A stretch of DNA of 64,000 nucleotides, from NCBI RefSeq assembly GCF_001194135.2, contig NC_068983.1, positions 33,959,729 to 34,023,728 of the forward strand, in the 5' to 3' direction. This DNA is from Octopus bimaculoides. Taxonomy: Eukaryota. Below are positions 49,476 through 62,802 of the stretch, one piece after another. Within the stretch, counting starts at the first letter, position 1, and every line of letters starts with the position of its first letter. A program made the position numbers and the translations under genes. The notes beneath the pieces are model-generated. The model did no database searches. It saw nothing but the letters and a program-made list of their open reading frames with translations, and had not been told where the DNA came from.

Positions 49476-50737
49476 TATATATATATATATATATATNNNN
49501 NNNNNNNNNNNNNNNNNNNNNNNNNNNNNNNNNNNNNNNNNNNNNNNNNNNNNNNNNNNNNNNNNNNNNNNNNNNNNNNNNNNNNNNNNNNNNNNNNNNN
49601 NNNNNNNNNNNNNNNNNNNNNNNNNNNNNNNNNNNNNNNNNNNNNNNNNNNNNNNNNNNNNNNNNNNNNNNNNNNNNNNNATATATATATATATATATGT
49701 ATGTATGTATATATGTATGTATGTATGTATGTATAAACACACATGCACAACTGTTATACTCAGACAAAAATACTCTCACATTTGTACAAACACACAAAAA
49801 AAAAAAAAAAAATCCCGACTTGCCGACATATTTAGAATTTATTTCTAATTTTCAGAACAAGGAATATTGATGCATTACACGATCGAACTTTATGATTTAT
49901 TTTCATTCTTCTGATTTCATCCCTTTACGTTCTGTCTTCGAATGAAACTGACCAAATCTTTTTATATCCAGCAGGTTTTGCGGAATAGGTCGCCCGATAC
50001 GGATACCGGAAATTATTATATCGTCTGTAGTTTTCCATCAAAATTTGCGATTTATTTTTATTACTAACGTTAAAAGTGAAAATTGTGAAAGAGATCGATC
50101 ACCACAAATAGGCAACCTAAATGCATTAGAGTATTCAGTTTATTCCTTGTCTATTTAGTAAGACAAGTTCTTCCTTCTTCTCCATCTAAACACACAAACA
50201 CGCATGCACATGCGCAACTAGGTGCTTCATCCACTTCTGTAAGATAATTAGAATCCATGCAATCGACCATAACCACTCCACAACATAAACTGTGATATTG
50301 TCTTGGTAAAAACAAAAGCTAAACATAAATTTCATTTCTTTTTGTTTTGAGAATGCGTGTTAGCCATGGTTGCTAAGCAACGTGCTTTTGTTTTGCTTTG
50401 TTTTGTTTACTATAATCGTTGATATGTGAAGTGTAGTTACATTTAGAGTGAATGATATGCAAACTTTGAACATGTCTGTTTGAGTGTGAATGCGGGTATA
50501 TGTGCATGTGTATGTGTGTCTGTGTGTCCGTGTTTGTCTTTGTGTCTGTGTGCGTTTCTCTATGCAGACCAGCAAGGTTTTATGTTTTCTGACAGTTTAC
50601 AAATATTGATGAACTCGAAGTGAATATTGAAAATCTTGGTGATTGATGTTTAGGAAATAAGCATTTTTTAAGGATCCATTGAAGAAAATACACCGAGCGG
50701 AATTCGGCAACCAGGACACGGGAGAGAAATCAAGACA

Positions 50738-51312
50738 ATACTTTCTAATTTAGGCACAAGACCAGCAGTTGTAAGGGGTGATGCTTGGTCGATACCATTA
50801 ATCTCAGTACTAGTCTGAGACATTTTTATTGCTCTAAACTGTTGAAAGGCTAAGTCAACCTCCGCGGAATTTGAACTCGGAACATAATGGAACGGAACAA
50901 CTGCAGCTGATGCTCTAATTATGATTTCAAATTTTGGACAACGCCAGAAATTGGGGTGGGGGGCGTCGATTACATCGACCCCAGTCATAAAAATTAGTGG
51001 TACCAATTTTATCAACCCTGTAAGAATGAAAGGCAAAGTTGATCTCGGCAGAATTTGAACTGAGAACGAACAGACAGACGAAGTATTAAGCATCTTATCC
51101 AGCATCTTAACAATTCTCTACTAATCCCTTTTTACTTGGGGAAGGGATTAAAGTAATTATATCGATTTCAGTGTGTAACTGGTACTTATTTAATCGATCG
51201 CGACAGGATGAAAAGCAAAGTAGACCCCGGCGGAATTTGAACTCAGAACGTAGCAGTAATACCGCTCAGCATTTCGTCCGGCGTGCTAACGATTCTACCA
51301 GCTTGCCGCCTT
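50738..51312 (-). mobile_element. SINE family A, head-to-tail trimer (about 50738-50915, 50921-51115, 51125-51312)
   Basis: Three GAATTTGAACT B-box complements at about 50868, 51051 and 51234, each preceded by an AAAG..AAAGT..A.C.CGG-type core. Confidence 0.88.
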
Positions 51313-51939
51313 ACAAATCTCTAATAACGAAAGCTGTTTATAACAAGTGGGTCTGAGTAATGGAAATACATAGGTAACTGCTTCAAAGGAGATGCAGCTG
51401 CTGTGATGTTGACAGAAGAGACAAAGACACATCCCATCGATGTAGCAGTAGCTGCATCATATTGTGTGAGAAATTTTAGTTAAGACTTTGTCAGTGTTAT
51501 TTGGACACAGTCCAGAATTTTATAATGTATAATTACTGCGCCTTTCCGGATAATTGAAAACGGGACACTTGAGGGTTTTGGCATGTCACATCCTACTTAG
51601 GGCTGAAATGTAGAGAATGTTTTTCTGCTATTAAACTTTCTCTTTTGCATGAAATCCTAGCTTGATTATAAAACATTAATAAATCATATAATTATCCGGA
51701 TTATATCTGTATCAGCGCAGTAATTGATATTCACTAAAGTGTATCGCTGATCTAAAATTGTGAAATTTCCTTCCTATTTTGCTTCCTCTTCTCCCTTCCT
51801 CTATCTTGAAAAAGGACAAACATTCGAAACGTCAGTTTCTTCATCTTTCCATTCTTCATTTTCGGTATCTCGGAAACGACAAACTCTGATATAATGACTT
51901 CCTGCTGATAATATTTTTGTTTATTACAGGAAATATTAA

Positions 51940-52382
51940 TACTGGTTTCAAATTCTGGCGCAGAGCTAGCATTTCGGGTTATGGGTGAAATCGATGAAAT
52001 CGACAGCGGTTCTCAAACTGCTATTTATTTTTACCGACCTCGAATGTATGAAAGGTAAAGTCGACCCCGGCAGAATTTGAACGTAATGATGGATGCAAAG
52101 CCCCTAAGCATTTTGCCTCGCAAGCTACCGGCCCTTCTAGCTTGTCCCCTGGAGTAACAAGTATTTGTTTCAAATATTTGGCACAAAACCAGAAATTTCG
52201 GAGGAGAGGGCAAGTCGTTTAGATCGGCTCCAGTGTTCAACTAGTATTTATTTTGTCCACCTCAAAACGGTAAAAGTTAAAATTGACCTCGGCGGAATCA
52301 GTCCTCAGAACGTAAAGGCAGTCGAGATGCCGTTTAGCATTTTGTCTGGCGTAGTAACGATTCTGCCAGCTCACCTCCTTAA
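51940..52382 (-). mobile_element. SINE family A, head-to-tail dimer (about 51940-52142, 52165-52382)
   Basis: Two TTTCAAA.T.TGGC tails and two GAC.C.GGC.GAAT cores; head GATTCTGCCAGCTCACCTCCTTAA at about 52360-52382. Confidence 0.85.
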
Positions 52383-52848
52383 AAGAAAGCATAAGCATTT
52401 AAACTTATTAAATATTTTTATAATATTGTTTTATATTGTTATTTATCTGTTTAATATTTTCTTTGCGATATTTTCATTCATTCCCTCTAATCCAGCGATT
52501 CCTTCAATAATAAGATTGCTTGTTTGCATCAGAAATTTTGTTAAAGGGAATATCCGGTTAAATTAGCCACACAACATGTTTATTCACTGCAGAAGAGTGA
52601 AAGGTGATCCCGGCAGAATTTTTACTCATGACGGAAAATTAATATTATGTTCTTCTATTAGAGTTAATTCACTGACCAAGTTCTAAGTTCAGCCGAAAGC
52701 TAAACGAAAAACAAACCTAGACATCATCCACCGTATCTTTCTCCTCCTCATCTCCCTCATCATCTGTAGCAGCAGTTAAAGAAAAACAAATGCAGGCATC
52801 GACATCAAATTCATCATCATTATCATTAATTTCATAATAATAATAACC

Positions 52849-52904
<56 letters not shown>

Positions 52905-53414
52905 CTGCAGAATGTTGTCATCGCCATCACAATCGCCATCTGATTGTAGCACGGCAGCGATTACCCAATTTCCCCGTCTCCACCAACGATACTGCAGTCG
53001 ACGTTGTCGTGCTTCCGACGACCTATTTTTTTTTTTTTTTGCCTCATTGACATTGTAAACATTTTAAGAATTCTAAAACAGATTTTTGAAGATTAAGATA
53101 ATCTGGAACAGTTCATCCAACCCTCCCCTATGAAGAGTTCGTATTATTTCTGTTATTTTAATTTTCTTTTTTTTTTTCCTCATACAGAAAACATGAGTGT
53201 GTATTTTGTTTAGGGACAAACTTCATCAGTTTTCTAAATTCCTATACGCACAGACACGTGCTCGCACACCCTGATAGGCACGCATACATATACATACACG
53301 TTCAGAAAAAACTTAAATGCATTAAGAAAACACTTGGACGTTCATTCATACTCACACATATTCAGGCACACAACTCGATATAAGAACACAATTGTACCAA
53401 TGCAAGTTCATGTA

Positions 53415-53472
<58 letters not shown>

Positions 53473-53725
53473 AATAAATAAATGAATAAATAAATAAATA
53501 GATATTCTGTTAAGGAGCGTAGGCTTGAAACGTAAAAGACATTTTCATTTTTTCCGAGCGTCAAACTAATACACCTGCTNNNNNNNNNNNNNNNNNNNNN
53601 NNNNNNNNNNNNNNNNNNNNNNNNNNNNNNNNNNNNNNNNNNNNNNNNNNNNNNNNNNNNNNNNNNNNNNNNNNNNNNNNNNNNNNNNNNNNNNNNNATA
53701 TATATATACGTGTGTGTGTGTAATG

Positions 53726-53764
<39 letters not shown>

Positions 53765-54533
53765 ATATATATACATATATATATGTAAAGGTGTATGTAT
53801 GTGCGTGTGCGTGTATATCTGCGTCTAGGTCTGTAGTGAGAGAGAGAGAGAGTGAGAGTGAGAGAGACGCAGATGCATCCATATACATATACATATACTA
53901 CTGCAAATCCGCACACTAAAATGAATACATGCGCATGGAATCACATTGCATAGCACTTAACATTGCACACGCTTAATCTCCAAAATTTTACACACAGATG
54001 CATACACACGTGTGTATATATATGCGTGTGCGTGTGTGTCTATGGATTTCTGTATACATATATGTGCAGAAGCTGTAGCGAGCCCTCAAAGGAACAATAC
54101 GTTATATTATACAAAGCATTATGATCGTTTATTAGGTAGCTTATGAACGATCCTTGGAGTGTTGGCTGTCAGTTTACCAAAATTAATGGTATTTGGAGTT
54201 GAAATAATGAATTCTACTACAGGTAATGCTATTGCTGCTGCCACTGCTGTTGCTTTACTGAGGATGATGATGATGACTAGAAGGAGGAGGAGGAAGAAAC
54301 TTTAACAGGAGGCGGAGTTAAAAAGAAGTGTTGGAGGACGAGAAGGACGTCGTGACGATAATAATAATGATGCTTTCTTTCATAGATACAAAGTCTTAAA
54401 TACGAGTGCGGAGAATAATCATAGCTCGAAAAGAACCAACACTTCACTGCTATTTATTTTCTTGAGACCGGAAGAAGTAAAGCAATTTAGACACCATCAA
54501 CTTTAGAAAAGTGTCATAGAAACCATGTACTCA

Positions 54534-54608
<75 letters not shown>

Positions 54609-55598
54609 ATAATTAAGGGATCAACAAATATTTGCTTCACCATATACCGAAGTTCAGAAATAGCAGCTAAAAAGGCTGAGAATCCCACAGATAGCATCAC
54701 TTGTAACTCACAAAGTCAAAAACAAGAAGAAAAAAAGCAATGAAAAACTAACCATTCCGAAGGTTAACAGTAGACGCGATTCTGGATTATGAGTGGTACT
54801 CAATTTCCTTCATCAATACTGTATTCCAGCAGTAAATTTGACTATGCTAGCAAATTGATTTATTAATTGATAAATTGATAATCCTTTACCCTTTTANNNN
54901 NNNNNNNNNNNNNNNNNNNNNNNNNNNNNNNNNNNNNNNNNNNNNNNNNNNNNNNNNNNNNNNNNNNNNNNNNNNNNNNNNNNNNNNNNNNNNNNNNNNN
55001 NNNNNNNNNNNNNNNNNNNNNNNNNNNNNNNNNNNNNNNNNNNNNNNNNNNNNNNNNNNNNNNNNNNNNNNNNNNNNNNNNNNNNNNNNNNNNNNNNNNN
55101 NNNNNNNNNNNNNNNNNNNNNNNNNNNNNNNNNNNNNNNNNNNNNNNNNNNNNNNNNNNNNNNNNNNNNNNNNNNNNNNNNNNNNNNNNNNNNNNNNNNN
55201 NNNNNNNNNNNNNNNNNNNNNNNNNNNNNNNNNNNNNNNNNNNNNNNNNNNNNNNNNNNNNNNNNNNNNNNNNNNNNNNNNNNNNNNNNNNNNNNNNNNN
55301 NNNNNNNNNNNNNNNNNNNNNNNNNNNNNNNNNNNNNNNNNNNNNNNNNNNNNNNNNNNNNNNNNNNNNNNNNNNNNNNNNNNNNNNNNNNNNNNNNNNN
55401 NNNNNNNNNNNNNNNNNNNNNNNTGTGTGTGTGTGTGTAGACACACAAATAAAATATCCAGGCAAGTGGTCATGACCTACGCCGCCAACAGTTGTGATTA
55501 TCTTTATATTTAAAAGCAAATTTACCTGTTGTCGTTGAGAGATGACCCTAAATCCATTCTAATCTAGAAAATCTACAATCAATGACATCTCAACCATC

Positions 55599-55840
55599 AT
55601 TGAACTTCTATTGGGATAACATTGAACTTGTATTCGAACAATATTGAACTTCTATTGGGACAACATTGGACTTCTATAGGGACAACATTAGACTTCTAAT
55701 GGGACAACATTGAAATTCTATTGGGGCAACATTGAACTTCTGTTGGGATAACATTTAATTTCTATTTGGACAATATAGAACTTCTATTGGGGCAACATTG
55801 GACTTCTATTGGGACAATGTTGGACTTCGATTGGGACAAT
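55599..55840. repeat. 22-bp minisatellite, 11 copies, consensus ATTGAACTTCTATTGGGACAAC
   Basis: Units start exactly every 22 bp (55599, 55621, 55643 ... 55819); substitutions only, no indels. Confidence 0.95.
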
Positions 55841-57142
55841 CATAGTAACAACGAAAGAATATACGAATATCAATGTTTATCTTTTCTCGAAATGACATTT
55901 ACCTCTTGATTCGTCTCTGGCGAATGAGTGAAACACTAACTTTGCTATAAAACAAAATGATTCCGTCGCCTTTCTTGATACCCGTTACAATTTGATGTCA
56001 TCTCCGATTAGCTACTGGTTTTGCAGAAAAATGAAGAACTATTCAAGGAGCAAGGAAGTACACTCTATATAACTGAGTTATCTTAATTACAGCTGTTAAC
56101 TATCGTCTATAATTTTTTATACAATGATACCCTAATCCGTTTTTAACGACCCAGTTAGAAGACGATTAAGCCAATAACCGTTTTGAAAGCGTCTGAAATT
56201 ATTAGGGTGAAGGATAATCTTATCTTCACACCAAATCCCGAAAAAATGCTTGTAACAAAGGATAGATAATGGTGCAAACTGAGGCAATGTATTTATTCCA
56301 TCTCTCAATGCTACGATGCAACCCTTCAGATGCGATTCTTGTAGTTTCTGTCGATTGTATTTTGCTTAAAAAATGATGCTACACTCGCATAAGGAGTGAA
56401 ACAACGGGAATACACAAAGTTTAAAGCTATTTTGTAAGAGCAGAGACATACTTGTGTTCAAAACAGTTAAACCAACATGAAAACTTCTACCAGGTTGCTT
56501 GGAATAAGCGACTAAATATTGTTTCTAGATCTCTCACCTACCGTTGTAAAATAGGAAGAACACGGGAAGTAATGTAGCCCTCAAAAAATTGAACTATATA
56601 GATGCCTTTGATAATAGTTCTCATCTAATAGAATTGACCTGCAGATAAGCATCAACAAACCACCTCCCGCTCCTTGATATCTTTGCGGATTTCGACCTAG
56701 ATGAGAGTTTGAAAGCAAATATCAACCGCAACGAACTTTATATTAAGAATAGATGAATGAAGGTCACGTGTACTACCATCCTTTTCTGTATAATTAATTA
56801 AAAGAAATACATTGCTATAAATAAAACGACAGCGATGGTTTAAAATAGTTTTAATACCAGTCTACATATTTGTCTTTCTCTTCCTTAACATATATATATG
56901 CATACATGCATTAAGAATCTTGCAAACTAAATACAAAAACGAAATATATATGTGTGTATGTGTATACATGTACGTGCACACGGACACACACACACACGCA
57001 CGCACAATCATAGTTTTATTCAAGAAAATGTATACATACTACACACTAAATACATGCATACATGCATACACTCTTACGAATATGTAACTATGTATCTATC
57101 TATGTATCTCTCTATCTCTCTATATATCTATCTATCTATCTA

Positions 57143-57189
<47 letters not shown>

Positions 57190-57460
57190 NNNNNNNNNNN
57201 NNNNNNNNNNNNNNNNNNNNNNNNNNNNNNNNNNNNNNNNNNNNNNNNNNNNNNNNNNNNNNNNNNNNNNNNNNNNNNNNNNNNNNNNNNNNNNNNNNNN
57301 NNNNNNNNNNNNNNNNNNNNNNNNNNNNNNNNNNNNNNNNNNNNNNNNNNNNNNNNNNNNNNNNNNNNNNNNNNNNNNNNNNNNNNNNNNNNNNNNNNNN
57401 NNNNNNNNNNNNNNNNNNNNNNNNNNNNNNNNNNNNNNNNNNNNNNNNNNNNNNTATATA

Positions 57461-57495
<35 letters not shown>

Positions 57496-58884
57496 GAACG
57501 AACACTCACACAATTATTTGTGTGAGTGTAACAGAAAAATAGAAAGAGAGAGAGAGAGAGAGAGATACAGAAAGAGCGCGTTTGTGCACGTACGTTTTAC
57601 TCCTCGAATAGTTTCGTTATCTCTGACCTTTTCTGACCTTCTATACATTGTGAAAGTTGTTTTGGTGCAACGAACCCCACCACCCACCGACTGCGATTCT
57701 GCAACTTTACCTATAAAGCATGTATGTACCTTCATTATAAACCTCACTGCACTCTAAGTCGTCAACAGAATCTCTAGATTTTCGATCAAGTTGCTAGACA
57801 TTGCAGTCAAACCTCCTTCAAATGTCATACCACTTTCTCAAATGAAGCATCATGTTCATTGCAAAATGTAGTTTGAATAACCTGTTTCAGTATAAGATTG
57901 GATGGCCATGACTGGAACTCGCTTGATCATAGTTCTTTTCATAACTGCTTCTGTGAATTATATAACAGCTTCATAACGTCTACGACCATGATCACCTCTA
58001 TTATCACTGTTACAATTACCACCGCCACCACCACAACCGCCACCATCACAACCACCACCACCAACAACAACAACATCTTTGGAATACACCCTGCTTGTAT
58101 TGATTTCCGAATTTTGAAGGAAATACATATATAATTAAAAATTGCATTTCCATAAGTTTTCGCTATATTTCACCATTTGACGCACGACATCTACTAACCT
58201 CTTGTGAGCACTAGGTCGCCCAACTTCAGCTGAATCTGTCCGAAATACACCAGCAAACTGCGAAAACATGTTGCGTTCATTCGTCCAGTGTCGGAACATG
58301 TTAAAATATATTGGGTTGTAAGATGCATGATGGTTTCGACACTTAGCTATGTCCATGGTGATAGTGATGCACCGGCATCCTTTGTTTCCCAGCATTATGC
58401 AATCAGTCATCTTAAGTTTGACAACTTAGACGACAGAGCTAATAGTAAGAGCAGGATTGAGACGAATGATGCATTCAGCATTTCGTAACTGCAAGATTTT
58501 ATCTATTTCGTTGTGAAACCTCTTGTAGAAGTCAGTGATGTCTCCTGGTGTATTTGCAGAAATCTGGATTGAAGTAGCGAACATGGTCTGACTGAATAGG
58601 CATATCCTGAACATGTATGTTGGCCGGAAACAGCACATAGAGAAGTCACTTTATCTTATTAGCAAAAGCCTCTTTGGATGTAATGATTGAGTCTAGGCGG
58701 CTGTCCTCTTTGAAGATAAGTTTACAATATAAGTCGCAATTTATTTGTTTGATATTTTCATGTATTCTTTCATCATCACAATCGTTATAACACTCTCACC
58801 ATACATTTAAAAAAATGTTTCCCTCTAATACCCAGTATGGACACTCTTGTGGCAATAAAAAAAATCGCAATTTTTATAGGAGTG

Positions 58885-59365
58885 GTGTGACGGTGGTGCA
58901 CTGGCAGAGTCGTTAGAGCGTCGAACAAAATGCTTTTCCCTATTCCCTCCGTCCCTTTACATTCAGGATTCAAATGTCGCCGATATTGATTTTACCTCTC
59001 ATTTCTCCCAGATTGTTTAAAAAAAAACTGCCAGTCAAGTGCTAAAATTGATATAGTTGACTATTCTTTTCATTAAAATTCCAAATCTTGTTCCTTTCCT
59101 AGCGACATTAATTCAGAGAATGAAAGATAGAATCTGTAAGGCATCAGAAAAATAATTTTTAATATTTAGTTCTACCCTTGTGACTGTGAGCTGGCAAAAT
59201 CGTTAGTGCACCGGGCAAAATGCTTACCAGCCTTTCGCCCGTCTCCACGTTCTGAGATCAAATTGTACTGAGGTCGACTTTGCCTTTCATTTCTTCAGGG
59301 TCGATGCAATCGACTTACACTCTTCCCCAAAATTGCTGGTCGTGTGTCAAAATTTGAAATCAATA
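58885..59365 (+). mobile_element. SINE family A, two plus-strand copies (58885-59120 diverged, 59180-59365)
   Basis: CTGGCAGAGTCGTTAGAGCG and GAGCTGGCAAAATCGTTAGTG heads; GAGGTCGACTTTGCCTTTCAT core in the second copy. Confidence 0.8.
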
Positions 59366-60974
59366 TTTAGTTCTACTTGCTGTTACTATTATCTCCTGGA
59401 AAATATTGACTTGCATTTCATAATGTACCAGTAATTAGAACCTGCACTTCCGATTTACGCTACGGTGAAATTTATTGAAGTGGATTCTGAACCAATCGAA
59501 TAACTACTATATAGATATATCGGCAAACTTTCTTAATCGCTGATAGCGTTGACAGAGCTGGATGGTATTTGCAGCCAGCATTGAGATAACCTACACATGT
59601 TCCACTTCAGCAGTAATATATTTGCAGCCATCATTTCTTATAGGCATCACTTCTTACAGCTATCAGTTTTTACAGTCTGGTCAGCAACCTTACAGTTTAT
59701 CAGACCTTTCGACATACTTCGCTGCTCTCCAAACATAGCATTTCTGTACATGCTGTAATCAAAACAACAACGCATTCTACACACGCTATCGCTAACAGAA
59801 AGCAACAGACTATTCCAGATGGAGAATAGTAATTCATCTCTTTCGAGCCTGGCTTCAAGATAAGCAAGAATTAGAAGAATAGTTATAAGTGATTTCCAGT
59901 ACATATACTGGCTCACATATATATTCACACGCAAATCCTTAAGTTGTCCATATAACCAACTTAAAAAGCGATGCGTTCCAAAATGTTTTAGCTTAATTTT
60001 CTAACCACCGAATTTGAACTCCTTTCACATCATGAAGTACAACGTTCGATTCTGAATTATAACGGTCAAATTAATTTCTCAGCGGCAAATGGAAAGTATA
60101 CCCCCCCCCCCCCNNNNNNNNNNCTCACACGGCATGGTTAATAGCGCGTATCCTAGTGACTTCAAAATCGCACTCATTATTGGTGTTCTTGAGCAAAACA
60201 CAACATGGCGCGTTGCTCTGCGAAAACCTCGACATCTGACCTGTGGTACACCGTGGACCAGTACAAGCAATATCGATTTGTTGGAGAGACTGCTCATACA
60301 TTGTCATACAATTTATACAATTATACTAGAAATTGCTAAATCATCTACGACAGGCGAGTCCACCATACATACATATATGTGTGAGTATTTGTACGTGTAT
60401 GTCTACGCACGCATTCTTTGTGATTGTCTACTAAGAATTATATCAATTTATTCTGTATTTCGTCATTATATCTCTTCATTCTGCATATTCTACGCACCGT
60501 TTAGTGCCATCGATGTTTATTTACCAATTAATCTCTTTCACTTCCACCCACTATTTTTACTGCAGGCTATCGCGTAAAATTAATCAGACAGGACATAAAC
60601 AATGCAGGACATAAACAGTGCAGGGGGTGTGCATACAAAATCCATGGACACTCTTTCCTCCTTCTCCGAATAATCTATTTAAAAGTAAATGTTTCTTTTA
60701 AATTCTGCTAGAATTACAATTTTCTTTTTGCTTTTTGCCTTTCCTCCTTTCGTAGACAATAATTTGGTTCGGTATAATCGACTATTCTTCTTCACCAGGT
60801 ATATACTGCGATTCGTTTAATGTATTTTACCAGACATACACTAAGGTCAACTTCTAGGAAGGGGTGTAAAAATCGTACCAAATTCGTGGACTGTTGCCAA
60901 CGACGGAAGTTTTTAACCGTTTCCCTTAAACAAATAAAATGAAAAACAACAAAAGCATCAACTACAAAAATAAT

Positions 60975-61157
60975 AATGGTTAAAAATTTTGACACAAAGC
61001 CAGCGATTTCAAGGAATAGGGTCAGTCGATTTCATCGACCCCCAGTACTTAAATTGCAAGTTTGACCTCGGCGGAATTTGAACTCAGAACGTAATGAGGT
61101 ACGAAGTGCCGCTTAGCATTTTGCACGGGGGAGCTAACAATTCTACCAGCTCGCCAC
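60975..61157 (-). mobile_element. SINE family A with an internal deletion
   Basis: GACCTCGGCGGAATTTGAACTCAGAACG and CTAACAATTCTACCAGCTCGCC. Confidence 0.85.
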
Positions 61158-62534
61158 AGAAGCATGCACTGAATAACTCAGAAAAAAGCACTGACATCCA
61201 CCTAAATTATACAAGAAAATAAAGTAAAATAATATACACATGAAATCTAAAAGCAATAAAAAAAAACACTGCAGCGAAGATTAAATGTCTGTCAAGCAAT
61301 TACATAGCAGTAACGTAACCTGGCAAACTGTGGCAGCATTCTTTCTATATTTGCAGATAACGAGTTACTTTGACATTGAGTTATTTGTGTGTATGTGCGG
61401 ATGTGTGTTTGTCTATGTGAATCCTTGCGTGCGCGCGCATGCACGTCTCTATCTGTTTTGATACTTAACAAGTACATACTTGTTTGGTTATCAATTTATC
61501 ATTTGAGAGCATATCTTCACCTCCCCTTCTCTCAGTCTGTATATCTGTCTCTCTCTCTTTCTCTCTCTCTATCTGTCTCTCCCTCTCTCTTTCTCTGTCT
61601 CTCTCTCTTTCTCTCTCTCTATCTGTCTCTCCCTCTCTCTTTCTCTCTCTCTCACACACATAAACACATGCACAAACGCAAGCAATGGCGAATAATAGTG
61701 TAATATTTAATGTAGTACTTAGACTACTTGTTGAGTAGAGATGCAGTGCGCAACATGGAACTGCAATACACAATACTCTCAGCACTGTAACGTATACAAT
61801 TGTCATATACCTATACATATGCACATATATATAGATACATTATATAAATATGTGTGTGTGTATGTGTGTATGTGTATGTGTGTGTGTGTGTGTGTGTGTG
61901 TATAAGGAGGGCTACAAACGAAAGAATATGGTACTCGTACAATACGCAAGTAATGGGGAAAAATAAAAATGGCTTGGAGTGCGAACATTTGGGGCCTGTG
62001 TTAATTACTTGACCTTACGTAAGATAAAGTGTGAGACCAGAAAATATTTTTATTAATTTCAAATTCAAATGTGGCGACTGTGCATCGCTTCCAGATGGTC
62101 CACGGCCTATATATATATATATATATATATNNNNNNNNNNNNNNNNNNNNNNNNNNNNNNNNNNNNNNNNNNNNNNNNNNNNNNNNNNNNNNNNNNNNNN
62201 NNNNNNNNNNNNNNNNNNNNNNNNNNNNNNNNNNNNNNNNNNNNNNNNNNNNNNNNNNNNNNNNNNNNNNNNNNNNNNNNNNNNNNNNNNNNNNNNNNNN
62301 NNNNNNNNNNNNNNNNNNNNNNNNNNNNNNNNNNNNNNNNNNNNNNNNNNNNNNNNNNNNNNNNNNNNNNNNNNNNNNNNNNNNNNNNNNNNNNNNNNNN
62401 NNNNNNNNNNNNNNNNNNNNNNNNNNNNNNNNNNNNNNNNNNNNNNNNNNNNNNNNNNNNNNNNNNNNNNNNNNNNNNNNNNNNNNNNNNNNNNNNNNNN
62501 TGTGTGCGTGTGTGTGTGTGTGTGTGCGTGTGTG

Positions 62535-62567
<33 letters not shown>

Positions 62568-62712
62568 ATACACGCTGTGGACCATCTGGAATAAGAAATT
62601 ATATAATGAACTTAAGCTCTTATTCGTTCTGTTCTCGAATAACGGTTTTCTCTTAAGCATATATATAATGAGTTCTAACACAAGGTTATCAGTATCGTTA
62701 TGCCTCAACAAT

Positions 62713-62802
62713 ATATGTGTGTCTGTGTCATCATGTGTGTGTCTGTGTCAGCATGTGTGTGTCTGTGTCAGCATGTGTGTGTCTGTGTCAGCATGTGTGT
62801 GT
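62713..62802. repeat. 20-bp tandem repeat ATGTGTGTGTCTGTGTCAGC, about 4.5 copies
   Basis: 20-bp periodicity read directly; derived from (GT)n. Confidence 0.9.

Noticed and set aside
54525-54540. Strong minus-strand donor-like GGG|GTGAGT as a possible 5' UTR exon end
   Set aside because: The putative exon side is a (GA)n/(AT)n microsatellite; a lone consensus match is expected by chance.
55599-55840. Regularly spaced repeats as a possible CRISPR array
   Set aside because: Units are contiguous with no unique spacers, the context is eukaryotic, and there are no cas genes.
58135-58640. Weak resemblance to an APE endonuclease of an old RTE/CR1 LINE (DITDFYKRFHNEIDKI; KCRNHH...HWT)
   Set aside because: Catalytic motifs (GDFN, DH) are not recognisable; it would need a profile search (DIAMOND/HMMER against TE proteins).
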